Assembly: GCF_964204865.1 (NCBI RefSeq) | Contig: NC_135260.1 | Span: forward strand, 20,274,001 to 20,338,000 | Origin: Styela clava | Taxonomy: Eukaryota | Direction: 5' to 3' | Length of the DNA stretch: 64,000 nucleotides | Shown here: piece after piece, positions 39,491-53,219 of the stretch | How the letters are laid out: each line of letters opens with the position of its first letter | How positions within the stretch are numbered: the stretch's first letter is position 1 | Program-made: the position numbers and the translations under genes | The notes under the pieces: model-generated | What the model saw: only the letters and a program-made list of their open reading frames with translations | Told to the model about the DNA's origin: nothing | The model's database searches: none

Positions 39491-40099
39491 GCTGTTGTGG
39501 GGCGTTATCTCATGGCATCATAGATTGCAACCTATGTTATATATGCGACTGACATTGTACACATCGTTGCGCACAAATAACATGTGGAGACATGTCACTA
39601 AATGATGCTTGTCACTTAATTTTTCAGTCTTGAAGTAAATTCCGAAAATTGTCACGGCGATCGTTTTGGCGGCCGACATCCCAATTACGGTTGTTTGAAA
39701 TGACAATACTCATTATGTTGCGTTCGTTGAAAATATTCGAATAATTTGACTGAAGAAAACTATTTGCCTACCACTAATTACGGCGCATGGTATTTATTAT
39801 TGAACGGCAGTTGAAAATCAACTCGTTTAACATTAAAATTCAAGTAATAGTTTCACATTTAATGCATTTGATCGGCGCTGCATGTGAGCGTACTTATAAA
39901 CGATTTTGACGCTACTGACATCCGCGAGTTATACTTCTCTCCAAAATTAATTTTCTCGTTTTTTAATGTTCTATTTTCAAATGCGGGTACTGCTGACTGT
40001 AGATTAATGGTCGATATTTGAAAAAGGACTTGCGAAATATTCACCATAAACCGCCAGGCAAAGAGAGGCGGGCTACACGTAACTGTGGAATTTCGCTGT

Positions 40100-41150
40100 G
40101 AACGATGCATTTTTTTCAGTTTATTAAACATTTTACGTCGTCGTGAATTGCACTTTGGGTGCTCTGTTTCAATTTCACCAAAAATTTTGGCTGCGCCCTA
40201 TCCGTTATCAACCCGGCTATATTCCGGCACTGATAAACCATGTAATAATTTGTCACCAATGTCATCAAATAAACATTCGGATCGGACGACGAGATTGCGC
40301 TCCATACTGCAATCACCAATTCCTTCACCAGCTCTGGACATACCCTATGTTGTAGGCATTTAAGGAATAACCTTGTTAGATATTTGATAGACAAAGTGGG
40401 GGCAAGTGTCAGCCTTCGCAAGACGGTTGTAACTGCCGTATTTGATGTTGAAATTATCTATCGAATCAAGAAATTATTGCCCCATCTAACAGGAATACTA
40501 CCATATTATTTTATGATATTTTTATCATTGTATTGTATTTTTCTTTCCGATTTTATATGTAACTGCAATACCTTATATTTTTTCTTCCAAGATGTTTGTT
40601 ATTTTATTGCAAGCATCGATTTCATTTACTATTTTATACCAATTTCCTTTTATTTCTATGTTAAATTTCCCTATTTTTTCATCTTCAAGTCATTCGTACT
40701 TAATGATACTAGCCCAATTGAAAAAAATACTACAATCACAATTTCTTAAATCATTGTAATCATATATTTTTGGCGCATTCTCTACAAAAAAACATGAAGT
40801 CATGTTTTTGATGGAATTAGTCTGCTTCACAAATGCGTCTTTCTAACACAAATAAACGAGTTGTTTCAATTGGGCATTGACTGATTGAGCATATACTATA
40901 TGTGAAGATAGTATATACTATTTATTACGCAATTTGTCTACTAATATCTCATTCATTGGGGGCACGTTTTCCAAACTGGAAAAAAATTCATCCCTGGCGA
41001 GTAACTTTGTCCTTTTGAAGAGGAATCGGCTTTGTATTTGCTGTAGCATTACTGATTTCGCAAAGTTCGTTATGTCTACTATAATACAATGCACACATTC
41101 AATTAGAAAATACTGGTACTGTACAAACAGCTCATTCGTGAAATGTTTTC
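40100..41150 (-). mobile_element. Very decayed hAT/ZBED-like transposase remnant
   Basis: CPELVKELVIAVWSAISSS followed, after a frameshift, by SECLF resembles the P.L.KL...LS...SS..SER.F dimerisation motif; otherwise fragmentary. Confidence 0.35.
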
Positions 41151-41770
41151 TTTTCATACATGTCATTCAGGGGTTTTGTCCACATTTATCTCATTCGCCA
41201 GATATTTTGTCCATAAACTTCTCGTTTCCCTGATGAAACAACAGCTCATTCGCGAAGTGATTTTTCTTCATACATTTCGTCCCAAGGTTTCGTCCTCATA
41301 TATCTCATTCGCCAGATATTTTGCCCACGTAAATGTCGTTTATCATACATCTGATTAACCATATATTTTGTCCATGGTTCCATTACATTTGAACCCACGT
41401 ACATTTGAACCCATGACAATTGCACCTGTATGCTATTGCACCTATGGAATTTTTTTTGTTTCACGGATAGTTAAACCCATACTAACCCTAACCCATGGGT
41501 TTTAGCGCCCGCATATAGATTGAACCCGTGGATATACGCATGGGTTCAAATGTACATGGGTTCAAATGTACGGTCACCTTTGTCCATATATATCTCGTTT
41601 CCCTGATGAAACAACAGCTCATTCGCGAAGTGTTTTCTCTTCATACATTTTGTCCGGGAGTTTTGTCCACATATATCTCATTCGCCGAATATTTTGTCCA
41701 CATGAATCCCGTTTATCATACATCTCATTCACCAGATATTTTGTCTATATATATTTCGTTTCCATCATAA
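41150..41770. repeat. Degenerate ~30-bp minisatellite with a ~150-bp higher-order duplication, interrupted by a MITE at about 41375-41578
   Basis: Repeated TTTGTCCACATWTATCTCATTCGCCAGATAT; block CTCGTTTCCCTGATGAAACAACAGCTCATTCGCGAAGTG at 41221 and 41594. Confidence 0.75.
41375..41578. mobile_element. MITE with TACATTTGAACCC subterminal repeats and internal CTAACCCTAACCC; partial inverted copy at about 47010-47145
   Basis: (TACATTTGAACCCA)2 on the left and (TGGGTTCAAATGTAC)2 on the right. Confidence 0.7.
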
Positions 41771-42039
41771 AACAGTTGCCGTGATTATTCACTCGTTAAA
41801 AAAACGACTTTCTCAGTGAGACTCTTCTGTGGCGTATAATATTCAATCCATGGTAATTAAGTTAATTGTGTCTAACGTAACTCGCGGTGGCGACTTTTAA
41901 ATACATTGCTACTCTAAAAATACAGATGTGATATGTGGACATAAACACATGAGATAAACTTTCTAATACTATTTAGTTTTGATAGGTATGGTATAGGTAT
42001 GTTTGCAATCTTGCTAATTCTTTATCGCCGTTAGGAATC

Positions 42040-42262
42040 CGTACATGTGGTACACGTAGAACACGTGGTACAAGTGGGACACGTTGGGCAAGTGGTACAC
42101 GTGGTGCAAGTGGCACACGTGGGGCAAGTTGTACACGTGGTACAAGTGGGACCTTTGGTGCAAGTGGGAGATGGGGTACAAGTGAGACATGTGATGCAAG
42201 TGGGACATATGGTACACGTGGGGTATGTGGTACACGTGGGTCAAGTGGGACAAGTTGGACAC
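42040..42262. repeat. 9/18-bp minisatellite (GGTACACGTGGGACAAGT-like)
   Basis: About 24 degenerate 9-mers; generates repetitive ORFs in three frames. Confidence 0.9.
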
Positions 42263-42299
42263 GACATTTTTGAGACACCGTACAGTAAGTGCATGGATA

Positions 42300-42790
42300 T
42301 CAAATGAATTGGCGGTGTAGGTCCACCCCCTAAATAGCTGTATATGTATATCAAGTTGATTATATTATAAGTACATATGACATTCGTTGTATATGTACAT
42401 TACATGAATGGTTTCATATATATATATTACATTTTTTGTATATGCCTATGAAATTGTATGACATCGCTCAAATGCTGTCTTAAGTTTATAAGGTTGACTA
42501 TACATACAGATGACATTGGCTGATTGTGTACATTACCTGAGTGGCTGTAAGTATATTGCGTAGTCAATATGAGCATATTGCATCGGCTGTGTATGAACAT
42601 TACTCGATTGGCCATATATGTATATTAATTTGGCTGTATATGCATATGATATTGACATTGGCTGTGTATGTACATCACCAAAATGGCGGTATATTTTTAT
42701 TAATTGGCTGTATATGCATATAACACTGGGTGTACGTATATGCATATTTAGTTGCCACTATATGTATATTTGATTGGCGCTATATGTTAG
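42300..42790 (-). repeat. Dispersed repeat with TATACAGCCAA subrepeats (relatives at 29570-29710, 44470-45100, 54435-54778, 59765-59960)
   Basis: Shared subrepeat and shared unique segments, e.g. GCATTTGRGCGATGYCATACAA. Confidence 0.7.
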
Positions 42791-43821
42791 TGCAAACCAT
42801 TCAAGTACACTCTAATTATTTCAAACATGTAATTAGTCAAATATTGAGTGCATGGTTTGAATGATGAACCAACCATAATACACACTACATGCACAGGCTC
42901 ACAGGCTGTAACCAATCTTGCAATCAATTCGGAAAAAATAGTTTGTTCAACTGTTGTATTATATTAAATAATAGTTATATGTGTTTGTAGTAGTTTTATT
43001 TAATACACAGTGTTGTTATTCAAATTACATAGTACATTATTGTTAATCAAAGTTTTTTTTTGTTTGAATGTGCGTGATGAAATTCGAAAATGACAATCAG
43101 CGTGCGACTCCGAGAAATGTAATATTCCAATCGAAGATGAATTATATTGAGAAATGTTGTGATACCTGATACTTAGAATGGAAACTTCTTTGTACTAGTC
43201 ATGCTAAATTTTTACAAGAGGAATAATATTCTATATTACAGTACGTTATTCAAATCAGAGAGGAAAACTCTTCGATAGCACAAATAAAATAAAATTTAAT
43301 AGTAGATATGCGGGAAGCGAAAGATTTATAATTTTTTCATATATCATCCCATACTATACAGTTTACAGTTACACCATCATATACCATTCTACTTACTATG
43401 TGTCCGCGATCAAGGTAGTAGAAGTGAGAATAACCATATACATGCAACGTAAAACGAGGAAGTATTAGCGACTGAAGTCAGTGATTACCACCAACTGGTG
43501 GCTATCCTAACTACAATGCCAGCGCAAAAAAAGTAACTAGCTCAATATATAACCTCCACCAAAGTTCGTTTCCACCAAACGTTCTGCAAATATCCATTTA
43601 CGCAATAGTTTGTTCCCATTCCTACTTTCTTTTGCCAAACTTTTTCTCAACAAATTAGCTGTTCCATCAACTCCGAGCCACTTTCAAAGTAGACTTTATC
43701 AAAAATAATACGTTTGACTTCTACCTATCTTTAGATTTTCTGTTCATATTTTTATTTTGTCATGACTCCCACTGACTCTAATGAAATAAATACTGACCAT
43801 ATTTTGCTGAAACCTCATAGG

Positions 43822-43822
<1 letters not shown>

Positions 43823-43852
<30 letters not shown>
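43823..43852. repeat. (TA)n microsatellite
   Basis: About 15 TA units. Confidence 0.95.
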
Positions 43853-43854
<2 letters not shown>

Positions 43855-44001
43855 TTGTAAGCGAGATAACGGTCAGACAATAGACGCTACTTTGGGGTGA
43901 AGGGATTTCGATCACGTATCAATTGGAAATGGACTCACTCACAAGTTCACAACATCCAAAATATGACTTGAGATCAAACATTTGGTTCCTCTGCTCTACA
44001 A

Positions 44002-44344
44002 CAGTGGTTCCCAACCTTTCTACTCTGGCGGACCGGTAAAATTGAATTGCCGATTAAAATGCCGATTTTTAGGTTTCTGAATCTTGCGAGATTTGATGGA
44101 GCGTATTCGCGTTGAATTGGAGCCGAAAAAGCGAAAGAAAAGTGTGATTACTCGGCGCCAAGATGTCGCGAAAGACGTCGCAATATGACGACGGAAGAGA
44201 AATTGCGTAATAAACTAACGCAACCTCGTCTTCGGTAAAGCGACTCAGACGGCAAAAAACAACAAAACAACGAAATTTCTGCGGACTAGCAAAAAAACTT
44301 CGCGGACCGGCAACCGTCCGTGGACCGGCGGTTGGGAGCCACTG
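44002..44344. mobile_element. hAT-type MITE
   Basis: TIRs CAGTGGTTCCCAACC / GGTTGGGAGCCACTG; perfect 8-bp TSD CTCTACAA. Confidence 0.92.
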
Positions 44345-45129
44345 CTCTACAAAACGTCCGTAATCGCGTCGAAAAGTGGCATACCTATATATAAATCTAA
44401 GAATTTGCCACTTTACCCTGGCCTTTCATATGCATCATTGAAAACATTGGGTGGGGTTGGTAACGTGATATACATATACAACCAGAAATATACATATAGC
44501 CCTAACTAAATATACATACAGCCCCAATTAAATGTGCATATACAGCCAATGTCATATGCATATACAGCCAATTAATATACAAATACAACCATTTTGTTGA
44601 AGTACATACACAGTCAATATCATATTTATGTATAGTCACTCAATATACACACAATAAGACATGTAAAGCACATGCACATGCAGTCAAATTAATATATATA
44701 TACAGCGACTCAAGTAATGTACACAATCACACAAAATCATATGTATAGTCAACTTTCATGTATTTATGAAGGCATTTGGGCGATGCCATACAAACACCGC
44801 CAATCCATTTTATATAGACGCACTTACTATATATCATGTATCTATGCGTTGCATCTATAAGTCGCAAGCTTGGAAGTCATGTTTATATAATGAGTGCGTT
44901 AAAATGACCCTCAGAAACTACTTAAAGGCTTTCGATAGGAGTTTCCTACAATAATTGTAAAGTATAATTATGTAATAAATTATTGTGATAGCAGCATCAT
45001 TTGGTGACAACATTCTACATGTTATTCGTGCGTAACGATGTGTACAATATCAGCCGCTCGTGGTACACGAATATTTACAATGGGTTGCAATCTATGATTG
45101 ATAAGAAAATCTTATGACACTCAAAAATA

Positions 45130-45683
45130 TTTACATTGAAAATGTCTGTCTCTAGAAGAGTGTACCTACAAGATGAAAGCAATCATTTTATTTTTTTTTA
45201 ACAATTAGCGCAATGTTCTGGTACAGCAATGCATTGGAAGAGCGATCAAGATCTGCGGAGAGCAAGAAATACCGATTGAAGAGAGACGGATCAGAAGGAA
45301 GAAAATGATGTGAATCAACACCCTATTTATTTACGAGTCTCAAGTTTAGCCCACGGTTGCCGTTTCTATCGCAAGCTGCGAATGAAGTTTTTCAAAACTA
45401 TAGTTAATAAAATCTAGCGATCATGTGAGAAAGCAGGCTGTCTGCGCTAGCAATACTGTCCATCAAAATTGATTTAGTTCAGACATTATCGTTTGACGAT
45501 ATAATTTCTGAATTTGCTTCAATAAAATATATACGTATATTGAATTTGGAACTTTCAATAGAATTAAACAAACACTGCTTTATTTCTTCTGTTGTGTGGA
45601 ATTTTAATCAGCTTGGACGGTGTTAAGGGTGCGGCATTTCGTGCAAAAATCAAAGGGCGGTATATTGCATTGCTACGCCACTG
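45130..45683 (+). mobile_element. Right-end fragment of the same hAT family as 5200-6776
   Basis: 45310-45683 aligns with 6395-6776 ending CTACGCCACTG; EERRIRRKKM peptide resembles a hAT transposase basic motif. Confidence 0.7.
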
Positions 45684-46052
45684 GTTCTGACTTGAACTGA
45701 TGCATGTTGAAGGGTCGAGAGGCAGCCGAGATGCGCTGTTCAGGAGGCGTCATTTGACTTGGCCGCACGCTCATGTGCAATTATAGCTAAATGCTCGTCA
45801 CAAAATTAGGTAGTGGAATTGTTGCACCGATTTTCAATAAAAATAGCTGAGATTTGGAAAGCACATCGCTTTACGACTTTATCGACAATAAGTGTTCGAA
45901 TGCGAATTTATTGACTTAGAAAGAAGCTGACAATAGAATTATGGATAATGCATAAAAGTCGAAATTGTTGAGTTTGTAGCTAGTTTGATTATGCCCGAAC
46001 AAATAATCCATTGACAAACGATTGTCAGTACGCAATTGATCATCTCCTAGGA

Positions 46053-47008
46053 CAGGGTTGGGCAACCCCTGCTCATTTATTCGGCACGCGAGCGAGGTCT
46101 CGGAAACGGGTTCATTCTCCTTCAGATAGAAAATTTCAAGACTCTGAATTATCTGATGAAACTAGGTGTTCATTTATTCATAGTCGTTCGTTAACAATCC
46201 GGTATTATCGTATGTGAACTCTTTTTGTCCTTTCGTGACATATGGCTACAAAGACGTAACAAATGAGTGAGCTCTCGAGAAATTTTATCGAGAAGGGCGC
46301 AGCATTCATTTGACTACACTTTACGTAATATAGTTCGTTTGTTCCACCCTTTTTCTTCATTTCCGCTTGATTTATTTAGTTACTTGCTAACTTATAAATT
46401 GATTTCGAAAGGAATATAAGCGATTAGGGAAGGGAATACAAGAGAGAAATGCAGAAAACGAACTATTGCGCGATTAGGATGCCATTCCTGAAAATTCTTA
46501 GTGTCTTTAAAAAACTTTGCAACTGCATTAATCTCCATGTTTTCATCCAGAATCAATCAATCATCATTTATCCGTCAGCACAAAATAAACGTATCATAAG
46601 AAAAAACATTTCAATCACACATATGCTTGTGATTCTATGATCTCAGTTGTGAAATTCATAAGTCTCGTAACAGGAGTAGCCCGAAAGATGAAGCCAGTAG
46701 CTTGTGTATTTTTTTGAAAGTTGCAAAATCTAAACTCTACACAAAATCTCTATCAACTGTAATAATGCAGCAGCAGAAGTATCGCTGATATAGAATAAGA
46801 AAAGTAATCAAATCTATTTGTCGGACTGACAGACTGATATTTTCCTGAATAGTGAATCTGTCTGTACACGTTTAAAAGGTTTATTCTTGTGTATTTTTGT
46901 TTTTAAAGTAGGAAAGCATTGTTTTTAATTTTGATCGGCACGCAGAAGAATTTTGTCTTTAAATTCATTCGATTTTGGCACGCGAGCCGAAAAAGGTTGC
47001 CCACCCCT
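46053..47008. mobile_element. hAT-type non-autonomous element
   Basis: Ends CAGGGTTGGGCAACC / GGTTGCCCACCCCT with subterminal GGCACGCGAGC; right flank disturbed by a second MITE. Confidence 0.75.
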
Positions 47009-47821
47009 TATATGCGGGTGCTTAAATCCATGGGTTAGGGTTAGTATGGGTTCAAATATTAGTAGGTGCAAATTTCCATAGGTGCAATTGTCGTGGGTTC
47101 AAATTACGGGTTTAAATGTACGTGGGTTAAAATGTGATGGAACCATCCTAAGCAATAGTCTTGCAATAGGGTGCAGCTACCAGAACGATTAGCTATTTTC
47201 AATTAACAGCAAATCAGGAAGTTACCGCATATAATATGTTGTATTTATATATATTAGCTATATAAGAGAGCATATTAGGTAGTTTTATGGTGACATGACA
47301 ATCCTACATCATTCATGAGAGAGAAGGACAAACCGTCTGTCTGCCTCGTGCTTTCAGACGGAAAAAAGAGGGGAAGAACGTATCGATATCCTAACGGATT
47401 CTCTGAATAAATAAAAATCAGTAGAAAAATGCATATCGAGTTGGCAGAAGTATAACTGTCGTAGTGATTGTCACTGCTCAAAAGCCGTAGCTCAATTAGG
47501 TTTGTTTAGGTCACCGGGGGGTTATTTAAAATAGTTCTTGTAATATTAACTGGCGAAATAAATTGAGTTTTTGATCAAGTTGTGGTGGATAAAGGTCTCG
47601 TCCTTTTTTATTGCATATGACAACTCATTGGTACATTAACGAATGAAATAATTAATTTCACGATTACGAGCTGTTTAGTTGCTGTTCAATTTGACGTTAT
47701 TCGTGCTATGTGCCGTTATTATTGATTTTAATGACATCGATTTAAAATTTTGTTTGTGTAAAAAAATTTTATATATATTATCCCTAACGTAAATTATTAG
47801 AGCAAAAATTAGTCATAAGGA

Positions 47822-50800
47822 ATGGAATCAGCAAATTCATATTTACTTCCTGTTGACTTTGTAATATTTGGAGGTGAGCTTGCATTATTTTTATTTGCAA
47901 TTGAAAGTAGGAATTTTGCGAATGGAAATTACCAAAGTATCAAAATATGCTACTGTATATTATTTAAACGATGGACGAGCATTGAAAGCCAACTTCTCAT
48001 TATATGAAACTTCTATAAAATAAACCGTACCACCATATTAAATATTGGTACAAATATGTGACTAAGGCACAGGCAAATGCTCTACTACAGCTGATTGAAA
48101 TAAAAATAAGGTAACATCGTCACAAAACAGCGATTCACAAATTCGCGAGTAAGTATATCATTTCAGATAATATCATGTCCCTAATTGTTTCAGGAACACT
48201 GTTTGTCTGCGCTTCGATTGGCGTGTACTTTGCTTACAAGGACAGGAAAGTTCAAACAACGGAAAACTACTATTTTGGACGGAGAAATGTGAACCCGGTA
48301 AACATGCACTTATTTAAACATAATATGAAATGACTTAAAAGTTCGGTGTTATTGCAATTATTCTGAAAACTAATATGAGGCTTATGGAAATAATTACCTG
48401 CCTAAATGTCATTCACTCTAGTGACAGTCTATACAAGTCTTGACATTCTTTACATCCTCGACATTCCGAATTATTACATGAAGCTAAAATACAGTACTGA
48501 GATCGCATACTTGCCAATAATTGAGGCAAGCTTCAAAACATTTTTAAACAAACTTTTTCGATTTCAGATTATTGTTGCAATGTCATTATCAGTGTCATAC
48601 ATATCAGCGCTTACTGTCATTGGCAATCCAGTCGAAGTATATCTTTTTGGTAGCGTATATGCATGGACCGTGGTTGCAAACCTCATAGGATTTATTGCTG
48701 CTTCAATATATTACATTCCATTGTATCATCGGCTTCGTATAAATAGCGTATACGAGGTTAGCTTTTCATTTTGACGACAACAATTTTTATATTCGTATTA
48801 ATTTTAACGAGTTATACTCTCTAAATTTTCATGCCAATCTATTTACTATGTAATATATATATTTAGGCTGAAATTATACGATGAAATTTGCCTTATTATC
48901 TTTCACAATAAGGACCACAACTCTATATCATCTCAAATTGGAATTTCTTACGATATTTGCATCAAAACATTACTATGTTCATTAGCCTACTATTTTGCGC
49001 CATTTCGAACTTGATATACATCAAAGTGTATCCTATAAGAGCAATAATATTAAGATTTGTATTCGGGATTATATAAGATAAATTTATTTTATACGAATTA
49101 TTTACCTTTCTATATATATTACATTTCAACAGTATGTGGATCGACGTTTTCATCCTAGAATACGATCATTTGCTTCATCAATGGCGATGATTAAATTGGT
49201 AAGTTATTCCAAGCTATAATTAGAAAATACGACAAGATTTAGGCTTCCTTAATATCAAAAAGCAGTCAGTTTGATTAACCGTCTAATAAACAAAGCGCTG
49301 TTTATGGTGAATCGCCTGCAAATACCATGTGATTCCTTTGACACCGATTTGCGAATAAACGTACTATTAATTGAATGGATCAACAGCAACAAGCTATACT
49401 AATAAATGCGAGATAAACTTAGAAAGGATTAAATATAACCTAAAATTTATTTCAGACATTTTACCTGGGGATAACTGTATATCTTCCTTCTCTTGCGTTG
49501 AGCGCAGTGACACCTCTTGGACTAAACTGGACAATTGCATTGACAAGTATCCTCTGCACATTTTACACTAGCATCGTACGTTGATTTTTGAACAATCAAA
49601 CAAATGAAATTACTGATTTAAGCACAATGAAATGAAAATTATTAAAAAAATAGTATATACCGTACAGAAGAATAAACAAAAGTCAAACAATGAAAATTAA
49701 TCGAAATTATCGTCAAATTTAATATTGTATATCATAAAGGAGATTGCTGAATTTATTTTAACGGCCGCTTTATTTTTCATTGTACGTTTTGATTATTTCA
49801 TTATCTGCATGGTTACAGGGAGGAATGAAAGCAGTGATATGGACGGATGTTCTGCAAGCTCTTATAATGATTGCAGGAATGCTTGCAATTTTCATCCAGG
49901 CAATAATGATGTATGGAGGCTTCGGACCAATAATGGATGCCGCAGACCGTGGAGATAGAAACAATTTGTTCAAGTAAAAGTTTCTTACATGGATTTGTCC
50001 AGCGCTTGTCTACAATATTCAATATTTTATAGTTTAACTCTTTTTACAACATCTCTGATCTTCGATACCTAGAAGTCAATAGCACCTGCGTAAATTTAGC
50101 GTCATAGTAATGTATGCAAGTCGTGTATGACGGTGTAAAACTGAAATTGTCATTATTTTTACTAGATTTTATTCACAGTCCTTCCTACATAACAGCTATC
50201 AGAAGTAATTAATAAAAAAGCCTTCGATTTTCACAATAAAATCTCCAATTTAATTTGGAATTCTTGCACATCATGAATGAAATAATAAATATATTTTTTG
50301 CGCATTGTTGACTCTACTAGACTAGACATTGATCCCAGAATTCGAAGTACCGTGTGGACAATTGGAGGTGGATTGGCACTCAATACTTGTTATTTGAGTT
50401 GTTGTAGTCAAGTCACAACTCAGAGATATTTGTCATGTAATTCAGTTCGATCATCTAGAATGTAAGTATATATTGGGAATTGTAGTTGAGTGCGTTTTTC
50501 GGAGATACGTTATCATCTCACTAATTTAAACATTTCTGATTGAAAGTTGGATCCCAAAGAAGTCTACCTTTGAATATAAAATTTTAAACATCACATTAGC
50601 GACGATTAACCTAAGTCAGGTCACCTTTGTAATATTACTCTTCCGTACGTAACACCTCATTCTTGTCTATATAAACATGAAGTATTCACTAACTGATTAC
50701 ATATTTAAAAGTAGAACAGATTCGATTTTGTAGCATCATTTTAGATATGTGGTAAAATTGATATGAATTGTATTCAACATAATAAACGCGAAGTACTTTA

Positions 50801-53219
50801 AGGTGAATCGGCTATAGCGATACAATGTATGCGAGTTACGTTTTGTGAGATAATTGCACAAATCTAGTTCTCGTTGGTGACTGAATACAATTTAAATAAA
50901 AATACAGGATCAGGCTGGGAATGTAAACGTGAAATTACATATTCAATAAATTGTTAAAAATTTATTGCAAAAATTGCATCATATTTATAAAGCGCATTTT
51001 TTATAGAGTTACATAACAATACAAATTGCTGGCTTCCAAATTTCACCTGCACAACAATTGTTCAAATAAGTCAAATAACAAGATTTCAACCATGAAGGGT
51101 TAAAAAGAATAGCCACTGTACCATGTGACGCATATAGAAATCGCACCTGAAAAACTAATAAAATACAGCACGCAAGCTTTTTAATTTCGTGCTTTCCATG
51201 CATTGTTAATATTTTTTAATTTCATTCATCGTTCTGTTCATTCTAATTAGAGCTGCATTGTTACAATGGATTCCTGGCACAATCATGGTCCTTCTCTCCA
51301 TTGCAAATGGTTTAGTCATGTATGCTTATTATGAAGGATGCGATCCACTGTTATCGGGTGCGATTGATAAAAATGACCAAGCAATGCCTAGGATAGCCCT
51401 GGAAATATTTCGAAATTTGCCTGGAATGGCCGGAATGTTTGCGTCGGCTGCATTTAGTGGAACGCTGAGGTGAATTCAAACACAAAAGTTTTGATAGTTA
51501 TGGTTTCAAAAACACGAAAAAAGTGGGATAAAACACATATCGTATTCAAAACAACTGTATTTACATCCTATTTAAAACTTGAGAGGCTAAAATCTAAAAA
51601 GGTTTTTGTTTTACCGGTTTCATCTATTTCTGGCTCATGCGGAATTTTGAGGCTGTTATAACCCATTTACGTTGTTGGGCTTGAGTTACATGCGTTTTTT
51701 ATGTATAATGGTTGTAAATAAAAAAAAAAATAAATAAAACAAACACAAACAATTTTTGTGATCATTGTAGATTTTTGTTTCGAACTTGTCACGTCACATT
51801 ATAAATGAGTCTGATTGCAGCTCAATATCATCGGGAGTCAACTCTCTATCAGCCCTGGCGCTGGAAGATTTTGTCATTCCATGTTTTCCAGCGATGTCGA
51901 CAACAAGAAAAATGGTTTTCTCCAGACTATTAAGTAAGCTATTTTACTCATATGCCTTGTAGATTCCAACGCATTGTATGCACAATTCAGAAAGACAATA
52001 ATGTAGTTCAATGATTACACACATTATATTACGCAATGATATTGACAAAATTGAGATCTGTTTGTTTTGAATATCCCTGAGGTTATCGCGATTTTGAGCG
52101 CATCTACACATTCATTCATAATTTAAGTAAGACTAATCAAACAGCTTCTACTAATATGTTAACTACATTTTATGTACAATTCGGCTATTTTCATTTCTGC
52201 CAATCTTGGACACAGCTGTAGTATTTGGAGGAGTGGTTATGGGAATAGCGTACACCGTTTCGCTTTTATCTTCAAACATTATCCAAATCAACCAGATAAC
52301 TGTGTCTTTCGGAACACCAATTCTAAGCGTTTTCACAATGGGCATGTTTATGCCTTGGATTAACAGTTGGGTACGCATGTTTTCTAGCTAATTACCATTA
52401 CTTGAAACTTGCCTGACTTACAGAGGCCCTGCTTGAAAGCAGAACAGACTTTCATTTGTGGTTCATCGAGTCACCATTTTCTGAATGCCAGGACTTCTAA
52501 AGAGTCCTACAGACCACAATGGTCCTTTGAATTAATTATTGTCGTCCAGGGAGCGTTGTCAGGAATGATAAGTGGCATTGTCTGCGGAAGTTGGATCGCT
52601 CTGGCTTCGATTAATCAAGCAACCTACCCAGCTACAAGTGAGTCCTTACCCGTGTCCACTAGCAATTGCACTTTGACGAATTTTCTACATAATGCCACAA
52701 CTACGTCATCTACCGATATACTCGAAGATACCACTACACTCGAATCAATGTCTACGATATATGACGAATACGGGTATTTATATCTTTTTTGTCAGTTCTG
52801 CATTCTAACTACTTAAACAGCATGAGAGAGTAGTCACTAAAACAACACCGTCATTCTTGTTGACTCATGTAAAAACAAAATTTGGAGTTTGTCTCTGCAA
52901 TTTTTCTAGTTGTTCATTTTCCCTACCTCAACAATCACTATGATTCTTTTCTGTCAAGAAAAATCCACACTTATCATTCAATAAAAAAAGTAAAAGATTG
53001 AAATATATACTTTAATTCATTTACATTTAAAACTTTCAACGCACATATCAGATTCAAACATCTCTTGCTGATTATTCTTCCAACTTATTTTAGATATTTT
53101 TTTTATTCATTCTAGATCTGTTTTACAATATACTCTGTATTCTATGTCGCCGTTTTTATATGGGACATTTGCATTCTTCGTTTCTATTATCGTCGGGCAT
53201 ATCGTCTCACTATTTACAG
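47822..53219 (+). CDS. SLC5 sodium:solute symporter (SLC5A5/6/8/12-like). Exons 47822-47873, 48194-48297, 48568-48756, 49133-49198, 49456-49575, 49819-49973, 50321-50461, 51251-51469, 51821-51933, 52216-52370, 52550-52773, 53116-53219; terminal exon unresolved
   Basis: All introns GT-AG with compatible phases; motifs MSLSVSYISALTVIGNPVEVY, SVYEYVDRRF, GGMKAVIWTDVLQ, QRYLSC, LPGMAGMFASAAFSGTLSSISSGVNS. Confidence 0.92.

Noticed and set aside
41973-42307. Repetitive Pro/His/Val-rich ORFs as real proteins
   Set aside because: Product of a 9-bp minisatellite open in several frames on both strands
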